Of a stretch of 64,000 nt of DNA, positions 54,022-62,806 are shown one piece after another. Each line of letters opens with the position of its first letter. Position 1 is the first letter of the stretch. Made by a program: the position numbers and the translations under genes. The notes under the pieces are model-generated. The model was not told the DNA's origin and did not search any database. It saw only the letters and a list, made by a program, of their open reading frames with translations. Source of the stretch: Planctomycetota bacterium. GTDB lineage: Bacteria; Planctomycetota; UBA8108; SXIK01. The stretch lies in the NCBI GenBank assembly GCA_965223265.1, contig OZ244999.1:7520001-7584000 (forward strand). The letters run 5' to 3'.

Positions 54022-55401
54022 TCAACGCTTCTCGTCGCTGACGACGACGCCTTCGATGACAACGCCGATGCAGTGCGATGTATACTCGAGCGGATCGCCG
54101 TCGTAGAGCGCCAAGTCGCCGTCCTTACCGACGACGAGCGAACCGACACGGTCGTCGACGCCAAGAATGCGCGCAGCATCGATCGTCACCGTCTCGAGCG
54201 CCTCTTCGGGGGAGAGGCCGTTCGCCGCCAGCAGTGCGGCTTCGAACAGCACGACGCGCGTTTTCGGAACGTAGCTTTCGTAACCGCTCTGTAGTGCCAC
54301 CCGGATTCCTGCCGCGCGCAGCGTTGCGGCCGTCTCAAAGCTCATGTTCTCAAGGTCTCGATGCGCGCGAGCCATGGTCGGGTGAAGGATCACCGCAGCG
54401 CCAGCAGCTTTGATCTCGTCAATGAGCAGATAGGCTTCCGCCGCGCCGTCAAGGACAAGCGGAAACTTGAACTCGCGCGCGAGCCGCAGCGCGCTGGCGA
54501 TATCCTGAGCGCGGTGTGCCGTGACGAGAAGCGGCAGCTCGCCGCCGAGCACGCGGGCGAGGACTTCAAGCCCAAGGTCGCGCGGCAGCGCCTCGGCGTC
54601 ACTGTCCCCCTTTGACGCGCCGTCCGACTCAGGCACTACACCCTGTGAATCTTCCGGGTCCTTAGCCTCCGCCTGCGCCTTCGCGGCGGCCACACGCGCT
54701 GTACGGTATTCCTGCGCCTTGAGCAGCTGGGCTCGGAGGAGCGCCACCATCTTACCGCGCGTGCCCGGCGACCCGTCGTCCTTACGCGCCTCGGTGCTCA
54801 ATGTCGCCGCCAGCATCTTCGTCTCGATCAAGACCGCCTCTTCGACGCTGTCGCCGCGCGTCTTGACGACCATCGTTTGACCAGAGATGAGCTCGCCCGG
54901 CGCGTGACCCGTGTGCAGCGTCGTGACGCCGAAACCGCGAATCCACTCGACGAGTCGCTCGTGAACGTTGTAGGCGTCCAGGGCGCGCAGTTCCGGCTGC
55001 AGAGGTGCCGAACGCTCAAGCTGGTCGCTGTCTTGGGGCTGGTTCAAGTAACCGGCCAACCCGACAACGCTGTGGGCGTCGACAAGACCTGGAGTCACCA
55101 CCGCCGCCTCAAGCACGCGAAAACCTTCGGGAACGCGCAGATCGCTAGCACTCCCGACTGCCGCGATCTTTCCGTCGCGCACGATGACCATGCCGTCATC
55201 GATGGGCGGTCCTACCATCGTGTACACCTTCGCGCCGCGGACCGCGACTTGCGCGGCAACGTGGCACGGTGAGGCGAACACACTCGCCAAGACCATGCCG
55301 ACAAGAATCGACGTCGGCAGAAGCTCCGAGTCGCGCACGCCGTCAAACACAGCACGTCGCGAGGTCTCCGACGTCTTGATCGTCGTCTTGCTCAACCTCA
55401 T
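54022..55401 (-). CDS. Amidohydrolase family protein (probable non-catalytic partner)
   Basis: PGLVDAHS (second His absent), G.LISGQ, AL..VT..AA.ILG..DRVGSL..GKD.D. The start overlaps the upstream stop (ATGA). Confidence 0.85.
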   Translation of the reverse strand: MRLSKTTIKTSETSRRAVFDGVRDSELLPTSILVGMVLASVFASPCHVAAQVAVRGAKVYTMVGPPIDDGMVIVRDGKIAAVGSASDLRVPEGFRVLEAAVVTPGLVDAHSVVGLAGYLNQPQDSDQLERSAPLQPELRALDAYNVHERLVEWIRGFGVTTLHTGHAPGELISGQTMVVKTRGDSVEEAVLIETKMLAATLSTEARKDDGSPGTRGKMVALLRAQLLKAQEYRTARVAAAKAQAEAKDPEDSQGVVPESDGASKGDSDAEALPRDLGLEVLARVLGGELPLLVTAHRAQDIASALRLAREFKFPLVLDGAAEAYLLIDEIKAAGAAVILHPTMARAHRDLENMSFETAATLRAAGIRVALQSGYESYVPKTRVVLFEAALLAANGLSPEEALETVTIDAARILGVDDRVGSLVVGKDGDLALYDGDPLEYTSHCIGVVIEGVVVSDEKR

Positions 55402-56741
55402 CGCGCATGCTCCTCAAAGCAGCAGAAGTAGGGTTCTTGGTCGCGGCCGGCGCCGTAGCCACCGACGGCGTGCAGTCGATCCACTGGGTCACGGCGATCA
55501 AAGACCCTCTCGCCTTCGACCCAGGTCTCGAGCACTTTGGTATAGACGCTCAAAGGTTCGCCGCTCAGGATCGCGAAATCGGCGTCTTTTCCCGCAGTCA
55601 ACGAGCCGATGCGATCTCCCAGATCGAGCATCTCTGCACCAGCAAGAGTGACCGCCTTGAGAGCCCCCGCCGGCGTCATTCCGGCGCGCACGGCAAGCGC
55701 CGGCGTGCGCAGGAAGATGCGCGAGTCGGTGATCCAATCATCGGTGTGAAAAGCGACGAGAACCCCCGCCTGCTCAAGAACCGCGCCGGTACGATAGACC
55801 ATGTCGACGGCTTCGAGCTTACCGCCTGGGCTATCGATCAGAATGACGGAGCAGGGAGCACCGGCCGCGGCGATCTGCGGCGCTACCTTCCAGCCTTCGC
55901 TGGCGTGCTGCAGCACAACGCGGAATCCGAACTCTTTGGAGAGTCGCAGCACGGTGAGAATGTCGTCATGTCGATGCGTGTGGTGGTGCACGATGCGTTT
56001 GCCGTCAAGCACCTCGACGAGCGCTTCGAGACCAAGATCTCGAGGTGGAAGCTTGTCGGGATCACCGGCGGCGCGCCGCACCTTGTCACGGTACTCCTGC
56101 GCCGCGACAAACTTCTGCCGCACAAGCGCGGCCGACTTGCCACGCGTACCGGGAAACGGAGGACTTCGCATCGAGTTGGTACCGTTCGCCATCTTGAGGC
56201 CACCCATGGGATCGCCGTTGGCATCCCGAATCATCAGATCTTCGATCGTCTTACCACGGCGCAGCTTGACGTAGATGGTTTGACCGCTGATGAGGTGTCC
56301 AGAACCCGGCATGATGTTGAGCGTTGTCAGTCCGCCGGCAACTGCACGTCGAAAGCCAGCGTCGAGGACGTTCGTCGAGTCATAGATGCGGACTTCCGGC
56401 TGAATGGGCCCGGAGCCATCGCCGCCGCCGATGCCCCCGAGGTGACTGTGCGTGCAGATCAGGCCTGGTAGGATGACCTTGCCGCTGACATCATGGAGCG
56501 TGGCACCCGCGGGGATCTCGGTGTCGCCGGCCGCGCCGACCGCCTTGATCTTTTTGCCTTCAATCAAGAGCACACCGTTTTCGATGGCGTCGCCGTCGAT
56601 CGGGTAAATCTTCGCCCCCGTGAACGCGTGGCGATCGGCCGCACGTGCCGTAACCCCGAGCGCCGCAGCACCGATGCAAACCAAACAGCAGAAACACACT
56701 AAACGGGACGTTCGGCGCAAGACGTTCTCCTTACAAGGCAC
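55398..56741 (-). CDS. Secreted amidohydrolase family protein
   Basis: PGLICTHSH, LKMANGTN, HTHRHDD, QHASE, HTDD and GSL..GKDADF. Signal-peptide-like N-terminus. The start is uncertain. Confidence 0.88.
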   Translation of the reverse strand: MPCKENVLRRTSRLVCFCCLVCIGAAALGVTARAADRHAFTGAKIYPIDGDAIENGVLLIEGKKIKAVGAAGDTEIPAGATLHDVSGKVILPGLICTHSHLGGIGGGDGSGPIQPEVRIYDSTNVLDAGFRRAVAGGLTTLNIMPGSGHLISGQTIYVKLRRGKTIEDLMIRDANGDPMGGLKMANGTNSMRSPPFPGTRGKSAALVRQKFVAAQEYRDKVRRAAGDPDKLPPRDLGLEALVEVLDGKRIVHHHTHRHDDILTVLRLSKEFGFRVVLQHASEGWKVAPQIAAAGAPCSVILIDSPGGKLEAVDMVYRTGAVLEQAGVLVAFHTDDWITDSRIFLRTPALAVRAGMTPAGALKAVTLAGAEMLDLGDRIGSLTAGKDADFAILSGEPLSVYTKVLETWVEGERVFDRRDPVDRLHAVGGYGAGRDQEPYFCCFEEHAR

Positions 56742-57039
56742 AGCCTATCTCAATGTTTTGGTTTCGGTACACGGGGGCAAGAACTTGGGGAAGATTTCGA
56801 CCACTACCAGCATGGGCGATGGCACCCAGGGACTCAAGCTCGGGAACTCCGATGGAATCGAAAAGAGCCACCAGAAAATCGCTCAACCGGTTGCGGGCGC
56901 CTGACGTACACTCATAGGTTGAGGGCGAAGCCGAATCCTCGACCTCGCCGGGAACAAGCCTCCGCACACCCGGCGCACACGGGGGCGCGCCGCCCGCCAG
57001 ACGCATCACGATCACGACACAACGGTAAGGCGAGCCTCA

Positions 57040-58509
57040 ATGTTTCACGCGCGACGCATTTGCTCGGTTCTCTGCGCTGCTCTCGCGGCGATCTCCGCAC
57101 TCATGGCAGAAGTCTCTGTGGCCGTAGCGGCTGAGCGACCCAACATCGTCTTTCTGTTCGCCGACGATCAGGCTCCTTGGGCGCTCGGTGAAGCCGGGCA
57201 TCCCCACGCGGCCACACCGCATCTCGATCGTCTCTTCCGAGAAGGCGCGTACCTCAAGAACGCCTTCACAACGACGCCAGTCTGTAGCCCGTCGCGCGCC
57301 AGCTTGCTGGCAAGCCGTTACGGCAGCGAACTCGGTGTCACCGATTGGATCAATCCTCGTAAAGAACCTGAGCACGGTCTTGATCCGAGCATGCTGACTT
57401 GGCCCGAGATCCTCCAGCGTGCCGGCTACCACACGGGGCTAGTTGGCAAGTGGCACCTTGGCACGGCGGATCGTTTTCATCCGACGCAAAATGGCTTCGA
57501 TTATTTCATGGGCTTTCGCCCCGGCGGCGCGAAAACTAAGGATCCCGTACTCGAGGTGGAAGGGAAGCAGGTTCAGTTACACGGCCTGACGACCGACCTT
57601 CTGGCCGACGACGCCGTCCGCTTCTTGGAACGCAACAAAGGACGCACGTTTCTTCTCTGTCTGCACTTTCGTGCCCCGCACACACGGTGGTTGCCCGTCG
57701 CCGACGAGGACTGGGCGCCGTACGACGGTCTCGATCCCCAGATCCCCAACCCTGACTACCGCGGTCTTGACGTCGAACGCGTCAAGCGGGTCACACGCGA
57801 GTACCTCGCGAGCGTCAGCGGCGTCGATCGCAACGTCGGCCGAGTGCTCGCGGCGCTCAAGCGCCTTGGCCTCAAAGACAATACCATCGTGATCTACTCG
57901 AGCGATCACGGCTACAACATGGGCCACAACGGCATTTGGCACAAAGGCAACGGCCATTGGATTCTCAAGGATCCACCGGCCGGAACAACAAACGTGCCGA
58001 AGAACCAGCGACCGAACATGTACGACCACTCGCTCCGCGTGCCGACAGCAGTTCGTTGGCCAGGTGTGATTCGTCCAGGGACGGTGATCTCCGAAACGAT
58101 TTCCAACCTCGACTGGTTTCCAACCATTCTCGCCATGGCATCCGTCACGAAACCGGCCGCGGTGCAGATTCGCGGCAAGGATTTCCTGCCGCTCCTACGC
58201 GGCGAGGCGACGCCGTGGGACAACGACTTCTACGCCGAGTACAGCACGCATCATCAGTCGCGCACGCACATGCGGATGTACCGAACACCGAGTTGGAAGC
58301 TCATGCGCGATTTCCTGAATAGTGATCGGGACGAACTCTACGACCTCAAGAACGATCCGGCAGAGACGACGAACCTCATCCGCTCGACGCGGCCGGGACT
58401 CGCGCACCTCGTGACCGAGCTCGACGCTAAGATTTTGCAGCACATGAAAGCCAACGGCGACCCGGCCCTCGACCTCGCACACCGCCGATCGTCGTCAAGC
58501 TCGGAGTAG
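57040..58509 (+). CDS. Sulfatase (formylglycine-dependent, S1)
   Basis: RPNIVFLFADD, CSPSRASLL (CxPxR), GYHT..VGKWHLG, SDHG and ELYDL..DP.E..N. Signal peptide present. Confidence 0.95.
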   Translation: MFHARRICSVLCAALAAISALMAEVSVAVAAERPNIVFLFADDQAPWALGEAGHPHAATPHLDRLFREGAYLKNAFTTTPVCSPSRASLLASRYGSELGVTDWINPRKEPEHGLDPSMLTWPEILQRAGYHTGLVGKWHLGTADRFHPTQNGFDYFMGFRPGGAKTKDPVLEVEGKQVQLHGLTTDLLADDAVRFLERNKGRTFLLCLHFRAPHTRWLPVADEDWAPYDGLDPQIPNPDYRGLDVERVKRVTREYLASVSGVDRNVGRVLAALKRLGLKDNTIVIYSSDHGYNMGHNGIWHKGNGHWILKDPPAGTTNVPKNQRPNMYDHSLRVPTAVRWPGVIRPGTVISETISNLDWFPTILAMASVTKPAAVQIRGKDFLPLLRGEATPWDNDFYAEYSTHHQSRTHMRMYRTPSWKLMRDFLNSDRDELYDLKNDPAETTNLIRSTRPGLAHLVTELDAKILQHMKANGDPALDLAHRRSSSSSE

Positions 58510-58516
58510 GCGCCAC

Positions 58517-59590
58517 ATGGTCGCAGAACGCCGCTACCCCGAGGTCGAAGTCGCCGGCACGCCCTACGAGATGGGCGAACAGCTGGGTGAGGCGGCTCGC
58601 GAGCTCATCCGCGGCTTCGCCGCTTGCGCGCTCGAACGCGTTCGCGTGACAGCTCCCGTGTCGGGCGAAGCGGCGCTGGACGTCGCACACTCGTGCATTC
58701 CTTTCGCGCGCGCGTACGCGCCACACCACTTAGAGGAGCTCGAAGGCGTGGCGTCGAGCTCGGGGGTGGCGCTCGGAGAGCTGATGTTGCTGCAGGTACG
58801 AAATCAGTTGATGGCAGACGATGACTCGGGCTGCACGTCGCTCGCTGCGGCATCGTCGATCGCAGCTAAACCGCCGCTCGGCGGCGCCAGGAGCGGACTT
58901 GTCGGACAAAACTGGGACAATGACCCTGAACTCGATCGCTGGACGATCGTGCTGCGCCGGCGTCCAGTAAGCCAGCCATCATTTATCAGCGTCACGCAAG
59001 CGGGCCTGGTCGCCTATATCGGGGTGAATGACCGCGGTGTCGGTGTCTGCCTCAACACGCTGCCCGCACCGAGTCGTCGTCTCGGAGTGCCGCACTACTT
59101 CATCGTCCGCGCGATGTACGAAACTGACTCTCTCGACGGCGTCGTCGACGCGGCACGCCGAGCGGAGCGCGCCATCCCGGCGAACGTCATGCTGACGACG
59201 CCGGATGGACCAGCAGACCTCGAGATGACGATCGACGACGTCAAGGTGCTGCGCCACGACCAGTTCGTCGTCCACACCAACCACTGCCTCCATCCCGATC
59301 TGGAGCCGATCAATAGCTCTTTTCCCGAGCTCATCGATTCACACGCGCGTTTGGCGCGGGTTCGCGCACTGCGCAGCGGTGTTCCTTCGAGCTCAAACGT
59401 CGAGACGTTCAAGAAGCTGCTGCGCGATCATGACAACTATCCACGCTCAATCTGCCGACACCCGAACGACGATCCGCAGCACGGGTTTTGGCGCAGCGTC
59501 TTCTCGGTCGTCATCGAGGCGGACACAGGACGCCTGCACGTCAGTCGCGGCAATCCGTGCGAGAACTCCTACGAGATCTATGAGCTCTGA
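58517..59590 (+). CDS. Peptidase C45 / acyl-CoA:6-aminopenicillanic acid acyltransferase-like Ntn hydrolase
   Basis: G.PYE.G.Q.G, autoprocessing GCTS, GQNWD, G.N..GV....N, HTNH, SICRH and GNPC. Confidence 0.88.
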   Translation: MVAERRYPEVEVAGTPYEMGEQLGEAARELIRGFAACALERVRVTAPVSGEAALDVAHSCIPFARAYAPHHLEELEGVASSSGVALGELMLLQVRNQLMADDDSGCTSLAAASSIAAKPPLGGARSGLVGQNWDNDPELDRWTIVLRRRPVSQPSFISVTQAGLVAYIGVNDRGVGVCLNTLPAPSRRLGVPHYFIVRAMYETDSLDGVVDAARRAERAIPANVMLTTPDGPADLEMTIDDVKVLRHDQFVVHTNHCLHPDLEPINSSFPELIDSHARLARVRALRSGVPSSSNVETFKKLLRDHDNYPRSICRHPNDDPQHGFWRSVFSVVIEADTGRLHVSRGNPCENSYEIYEL

Positions 59591-60518
59591 ACAAGCAGCG
59601 ACAACGAAAACGACTTCTGCGTTACGCGGCGTCTTTCCCGCCGCGCTGACGATGTTCACCGCCGACGGCGAGCTCGACGAAGAGGCCACCGCCCGCCATG
59701 TCGAACATCTCATCGCCTGTGGCGTCGATGGAATCGTTGCTGCGGGCTCGTCCGGCGAGTTCGTCGCCATGACCGAAGCGGAGCACGAGCGCGTGATCGA
59801 AATCGCGGTTGCCGCCGCCGCGGGCCGGGTTCCAGTTGTCGCCTCGAGTGGGCGCTACAGCACGCGACTCTCGATCGCCCTGACGCAGAAGGCCGAAGCC
59901 GTCGGCGCCGACGCGGCTCTCCTGACCCTTCCGTACTATCAGAAACCACCCAAGGCATCGGTCGTCGAGCACTTTCGCTGCATTCGACGTCACACGTCGC
60001 TGCCGCTTCTGGTCTACAACAACGCAATCTTTTCGGGCTGCGCGGAACTCACGCCCCGCGATCTCACTTCTCTTTGGCAAGAAGGCGTGGTCTGCGGTGT
60101 CAAGTCGACGACGCAGAGCGTCGTTCCGGTACACGACCTTCTTCACCTCACCGACGCGAGCTTCCGGGTCTTCTACGGCTCGTTCCAATCGCCGATGGAA
60201 GCGCTCTTGGGTGGCGCGCACGGCTGGATCAGCGGCTTCTTAAACTTCCTGACGCGCGAATGTGTCGAACTCTACGGCGCCTGCGCTTCTGGCGACGTCG
60301 CAAAGGCGCGCCACATCTGGAACGACGTCCTCCTGCCGTTCAAGCAGCTCCACGCGCACGGGCTTCTAGGTGACGTCAACGACCTGGCGATCTATCGCGC
60401 TGGGCTGGACCTCATGGGTCTTCATGGCGGCTTCTCTCGCCAGCCGTTCGAGCCACTGGACGCGGCGCAGCGAGAGAAACTCGCCGTGCAGATGCGCGAC
60501 GCCGGACTCCTCGCATGA
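59580..60518 (+). CDS. Dihydrodipicolinate synthase/N-acetylneuraminate lyase family aldolase
   Basis: GVFPA.LT.F, GSSGEF, PYY, LVYN, GVKS (Schiff-base Lys) and GA.GWISG. Overlaps the upstream gene by 11 nt. Confidence 0.9.
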   Translation: MSSEQAATTKTTSALRGVFPAALTMFTADGELDEEATARHVEHLIACGVDGIVAAGSSGEFVAMTEAEHERVIEIAVAAAAGRVPVVASSGRYSTRLSIALTQKAEAVGADAALLTLPYYQKPPKASVVEHFRCIRRHTSLPLLVYNNAIFSGCAELTPRDLTSLWQEGVVCGVKSTTQSVVPVHDLLHLTDASFRVFYGSFQSPMEALLGGAHGWISGFLNFLTRECVELYGACASGDVAKARHIWNDVLLPFKQLHAHGLLGDVNDLAIYRAGLDLMGLHGGFSRQPFEPLDAAQREKLAVQMRDAGLLA

Positions 60519-61735
60519 AGATCACCCGCATCAAGACAAAGCTGGTCCAGCTCGGGCCGCGGAACTCCGTCTTCGTCGCTGTGGAGACGAACGAGGGCAT
60601 CACCGGCTATGGCGAAACGCTCTACAAACGCAAATCGAAGATGGTCGAAGCGGGAATCCATGAACTCGCTCGTTACCTGGTCGGTAAAGACCCGACCCGG
60701 ATCGAGGATCACTTCGAAAAGATGTACCGCGATGCCTTTCTGGTCGGCGGCGGCCTTCAGACAGCGCCAATCAGCGCTGTCGAGATCGCGCTTTGGGACA
60801 TTCTGGGGAAGAGCCTAGGCGCTCCAGTTTACAAGCTGCTCGGGGGACCGACGCGCGACCGCATCCCGGTTTACTGCCATTGTCTGTGCGGTCCGACGCC
60901 GGAAGCGTTCGCAGCCAACGCGAAAGATTGTGTCGACCGCGGCTATCACGCGCTGAAAGCGACGCTGCCTCTCTTCTACGGCGCTCAAGACGCAGCATAC
61001 GTCGGCGGCGCAGCGCGGAACCCGAGCACGGGACTCGGCAGCTTCGGCTACAGCGGTACGCATGGTGAGATCGACCGCAGTCACAAGGAGACCGAAATCC
61101 TCGCGCCGGACACGTTCGCCCGCATCCGCGACTTTTTCGTCGCTGCGCGCGAGGCGGTGGGCAGCAGCGTTCACTTGATGCTCGACTGCCACGGACGCCT
61201 AAACGCCACCAACGCCCTCAGACTTTGCGAAGCACTGCGAGATCTCGAGCTCCTCTTTATCGAGGAGCCCGTGCCACCGGAGAACGAGACAGCACTCGCG
61301 TTCGTAACCGAGCGTAGTCCTGTACCGATCGCAACCGGTGAGCGCTGGTCGACGATCTACGACGCGCGGCGATTTCTCGGCAAGCTCAACCTCGCCGCTG
61401 CGCAGCCGGACGTCGTCTGGTGCGGTGGTCTCGCGCAGGCAAAAAAGATCGCCGCACTCGCAGAGGCCGAATACGTCGGCCTGGCGCCACACAACCCGAA
61501 CGGACCCGTCGCCACTGTCGCAACCCTGCACCTCGCGGCGAGCGTGCCAAATCTTCTCATCGTCGAGACCATCGGTTCCCAAGAGCTACGTGCCGTCGAA
61601 GCGAAGGTCGTGCAGCCGCTGCCACAAATAGACGATGGCTGTTTGCTGCTTCCGTGCACCCCAGGGCTCGGCATGGAGATCGACTGGGACGCTTGCGACC
61701 GCTACCCGTACCAGCCCTTCGAGGGTTGGAGGTGA
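60515..61735 (+). CDS. Mandelate racemase/enolase superfamily acid-sugar dehydratase (DgoD-like)
   Basis: ETNEGITGYGE, AVEIALWDILGK.LGAPVYKLLGG, LDCH, FIEEP, ATGER, QPD...CGG, APHNP and PGLG. Confidence 0.9.
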   Translation: MKITRIKTKLVQLGPRNSVFVAVETNEGITGYGETLYKRKSKMVEAGIHELARYLVGKDPTRIEDHFEKMYRDAFLVGGGLQTAPISAVEIALWDILGKSLGAPVYKLLGGPTRDRIPVYCHCLCGPTPEAFAANAKDCVDRGYHALKATLPLFYGAQDAAYVGGAARNPSTGLGSFGYSGTHGEIDRSHKETEILAPDTFARIRDFFVAAREAVGSSVHLMLDCHGRLNATNALRLCEALRDLELLFIEEPVPPENETALAFVTERSPVPIATGERWSTIYDARRFLGKLNLAAAQPDVVWCGGLAQAKKIAALAEAEYVGLAPHNPNGPVATVATLHLAASVPNLLIVETIGSQELRAVEAKVVQPLPQIDDGCLLLPCTPGLGMEIDWDACDRYPYQPFEGWR

Positions 61736-61836
61736 TGGTCCACAGAGTCTGGGCAAGCGAGCTGTTCGTAGGACGCGACGCCGGTGCCGACCTACTCGCC
61801 GCCACGACGCGGTGAGCACCCTTGCTCGATCAGCGG

Positions 61837-62520
61837 TCACACCGTGATCGTTTCGCCAAATTCGAGAACGCGTGCGCTGCGGCCGTTGGCTGCGACTTTC
61901 TCAACGAAAACGTTCGGATCGACGTAGATCAGGTCGAACGTCTTGTAGTGCATGGGGATCGCCAGCTGCGGCTGGAGAAACTCAACCGCTTTCGCGGCGT
62001 CGTCGATGCCCATCGTGAAGTTGTCCCCGATTGGCAAAATGGCAACATCGATGGCGTCGAGCTCGCCGATCAGTTTCATGTCAAGAAAGAGCGCTGTGTC
62101 GCCGGCGTGGTAGAGCGTTTTGCCGTCCGCGGTGATCAGAAGACCAGCGGGATTGCCGAGCTCGACGATCCCGTCACCGGTCTCAAGACCCGAGCCGTGG
62201 TGGGCGAGCGTCAGCTTCAACCGTCCGAAATCGAACTGTCGCGCGCCGCCGAGATGCATCGGATGAACCTTTGCGCCTTGGGCGCCGCAGTGCGCAGAGA
62301 GCTCGTACGTGGCGACGATCGTGGCGTCATTTCGTTTCGCGATGTCGACCGCGTCGCCGAGATGATCGCCGTGCGCATGTGTGACCAGGACGTAATCACA
62401 CTCCACATCCTCGGCCTTAACGGCTGCGTTCGGATTGCCGCTCAAAAATGGGTCGATGACGAGACGATGCGAAGCCGTTTCGACGAGAAACGCGGAGTGG
62501 CTCCAGTAGGTCAATTTCAT
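61837..62520 (-). CDS. Metal-dependent hydrolase (UPF0173, MBL fold)
   Basis: HSAF, IDPFLSGNP, THAHGDH.GD, YHAGDT, LPIGD.FTMG and PMHY.TF. Confidence 0.92.
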   Translation of the reverse strand: MKLTYWSHSAFLVETASHRLVIDPFLSGNPNAAVKAEDVECDYVLVTHAHGDHLGDAVDIAKRNDATIVATYELSAHCGAQGAKVHPMHLGGARQFDFGRLKLTLAHHGSGLETGDGIVELGNPAGLLITADGKTLYHAGDTALFLDMKLIGELDAIDVAILPIGDNFTMGIDDAAKAVEFLQPQLAIPMHYKTFDLIYVDPNVFVEKVAANGRSARVLEFGETITV

Positions 62521-62806
62521 GTCGGGCAACCCCCGTTGTCAGGATCAACTTGCAGTGGAATCAGGATCAGAGAGGGTAGAGACTACCTCGGCTGCGGTCA
62601 TGCCCGCAAGACGCGGCGCTGCTTAATGAGCACTGGTTGTCGCCAGGGCTGATCGGCCCGCGCCAGCGCGGACATTCACGGTCTCTACAGTTCGGCAGAA
62701 CACTGGGAATCGACACGGAGCGGACTTTTGTTCTTGTCTCCGCGACACACCCAAAGCTAACTTGAGTGACGTGTTGCTCATCACATTTTTCGGATCGGAG
62801 GCAGTC

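Noticed and set aside
62576-62688. tRNA-Sec (selC) next to the selenoprotein candidate
   Set aside because: There is no GTTCRA T-loop, UCA anticodon arm or CCA end on either strand. Kept only as a generic structured-RNA candidate.
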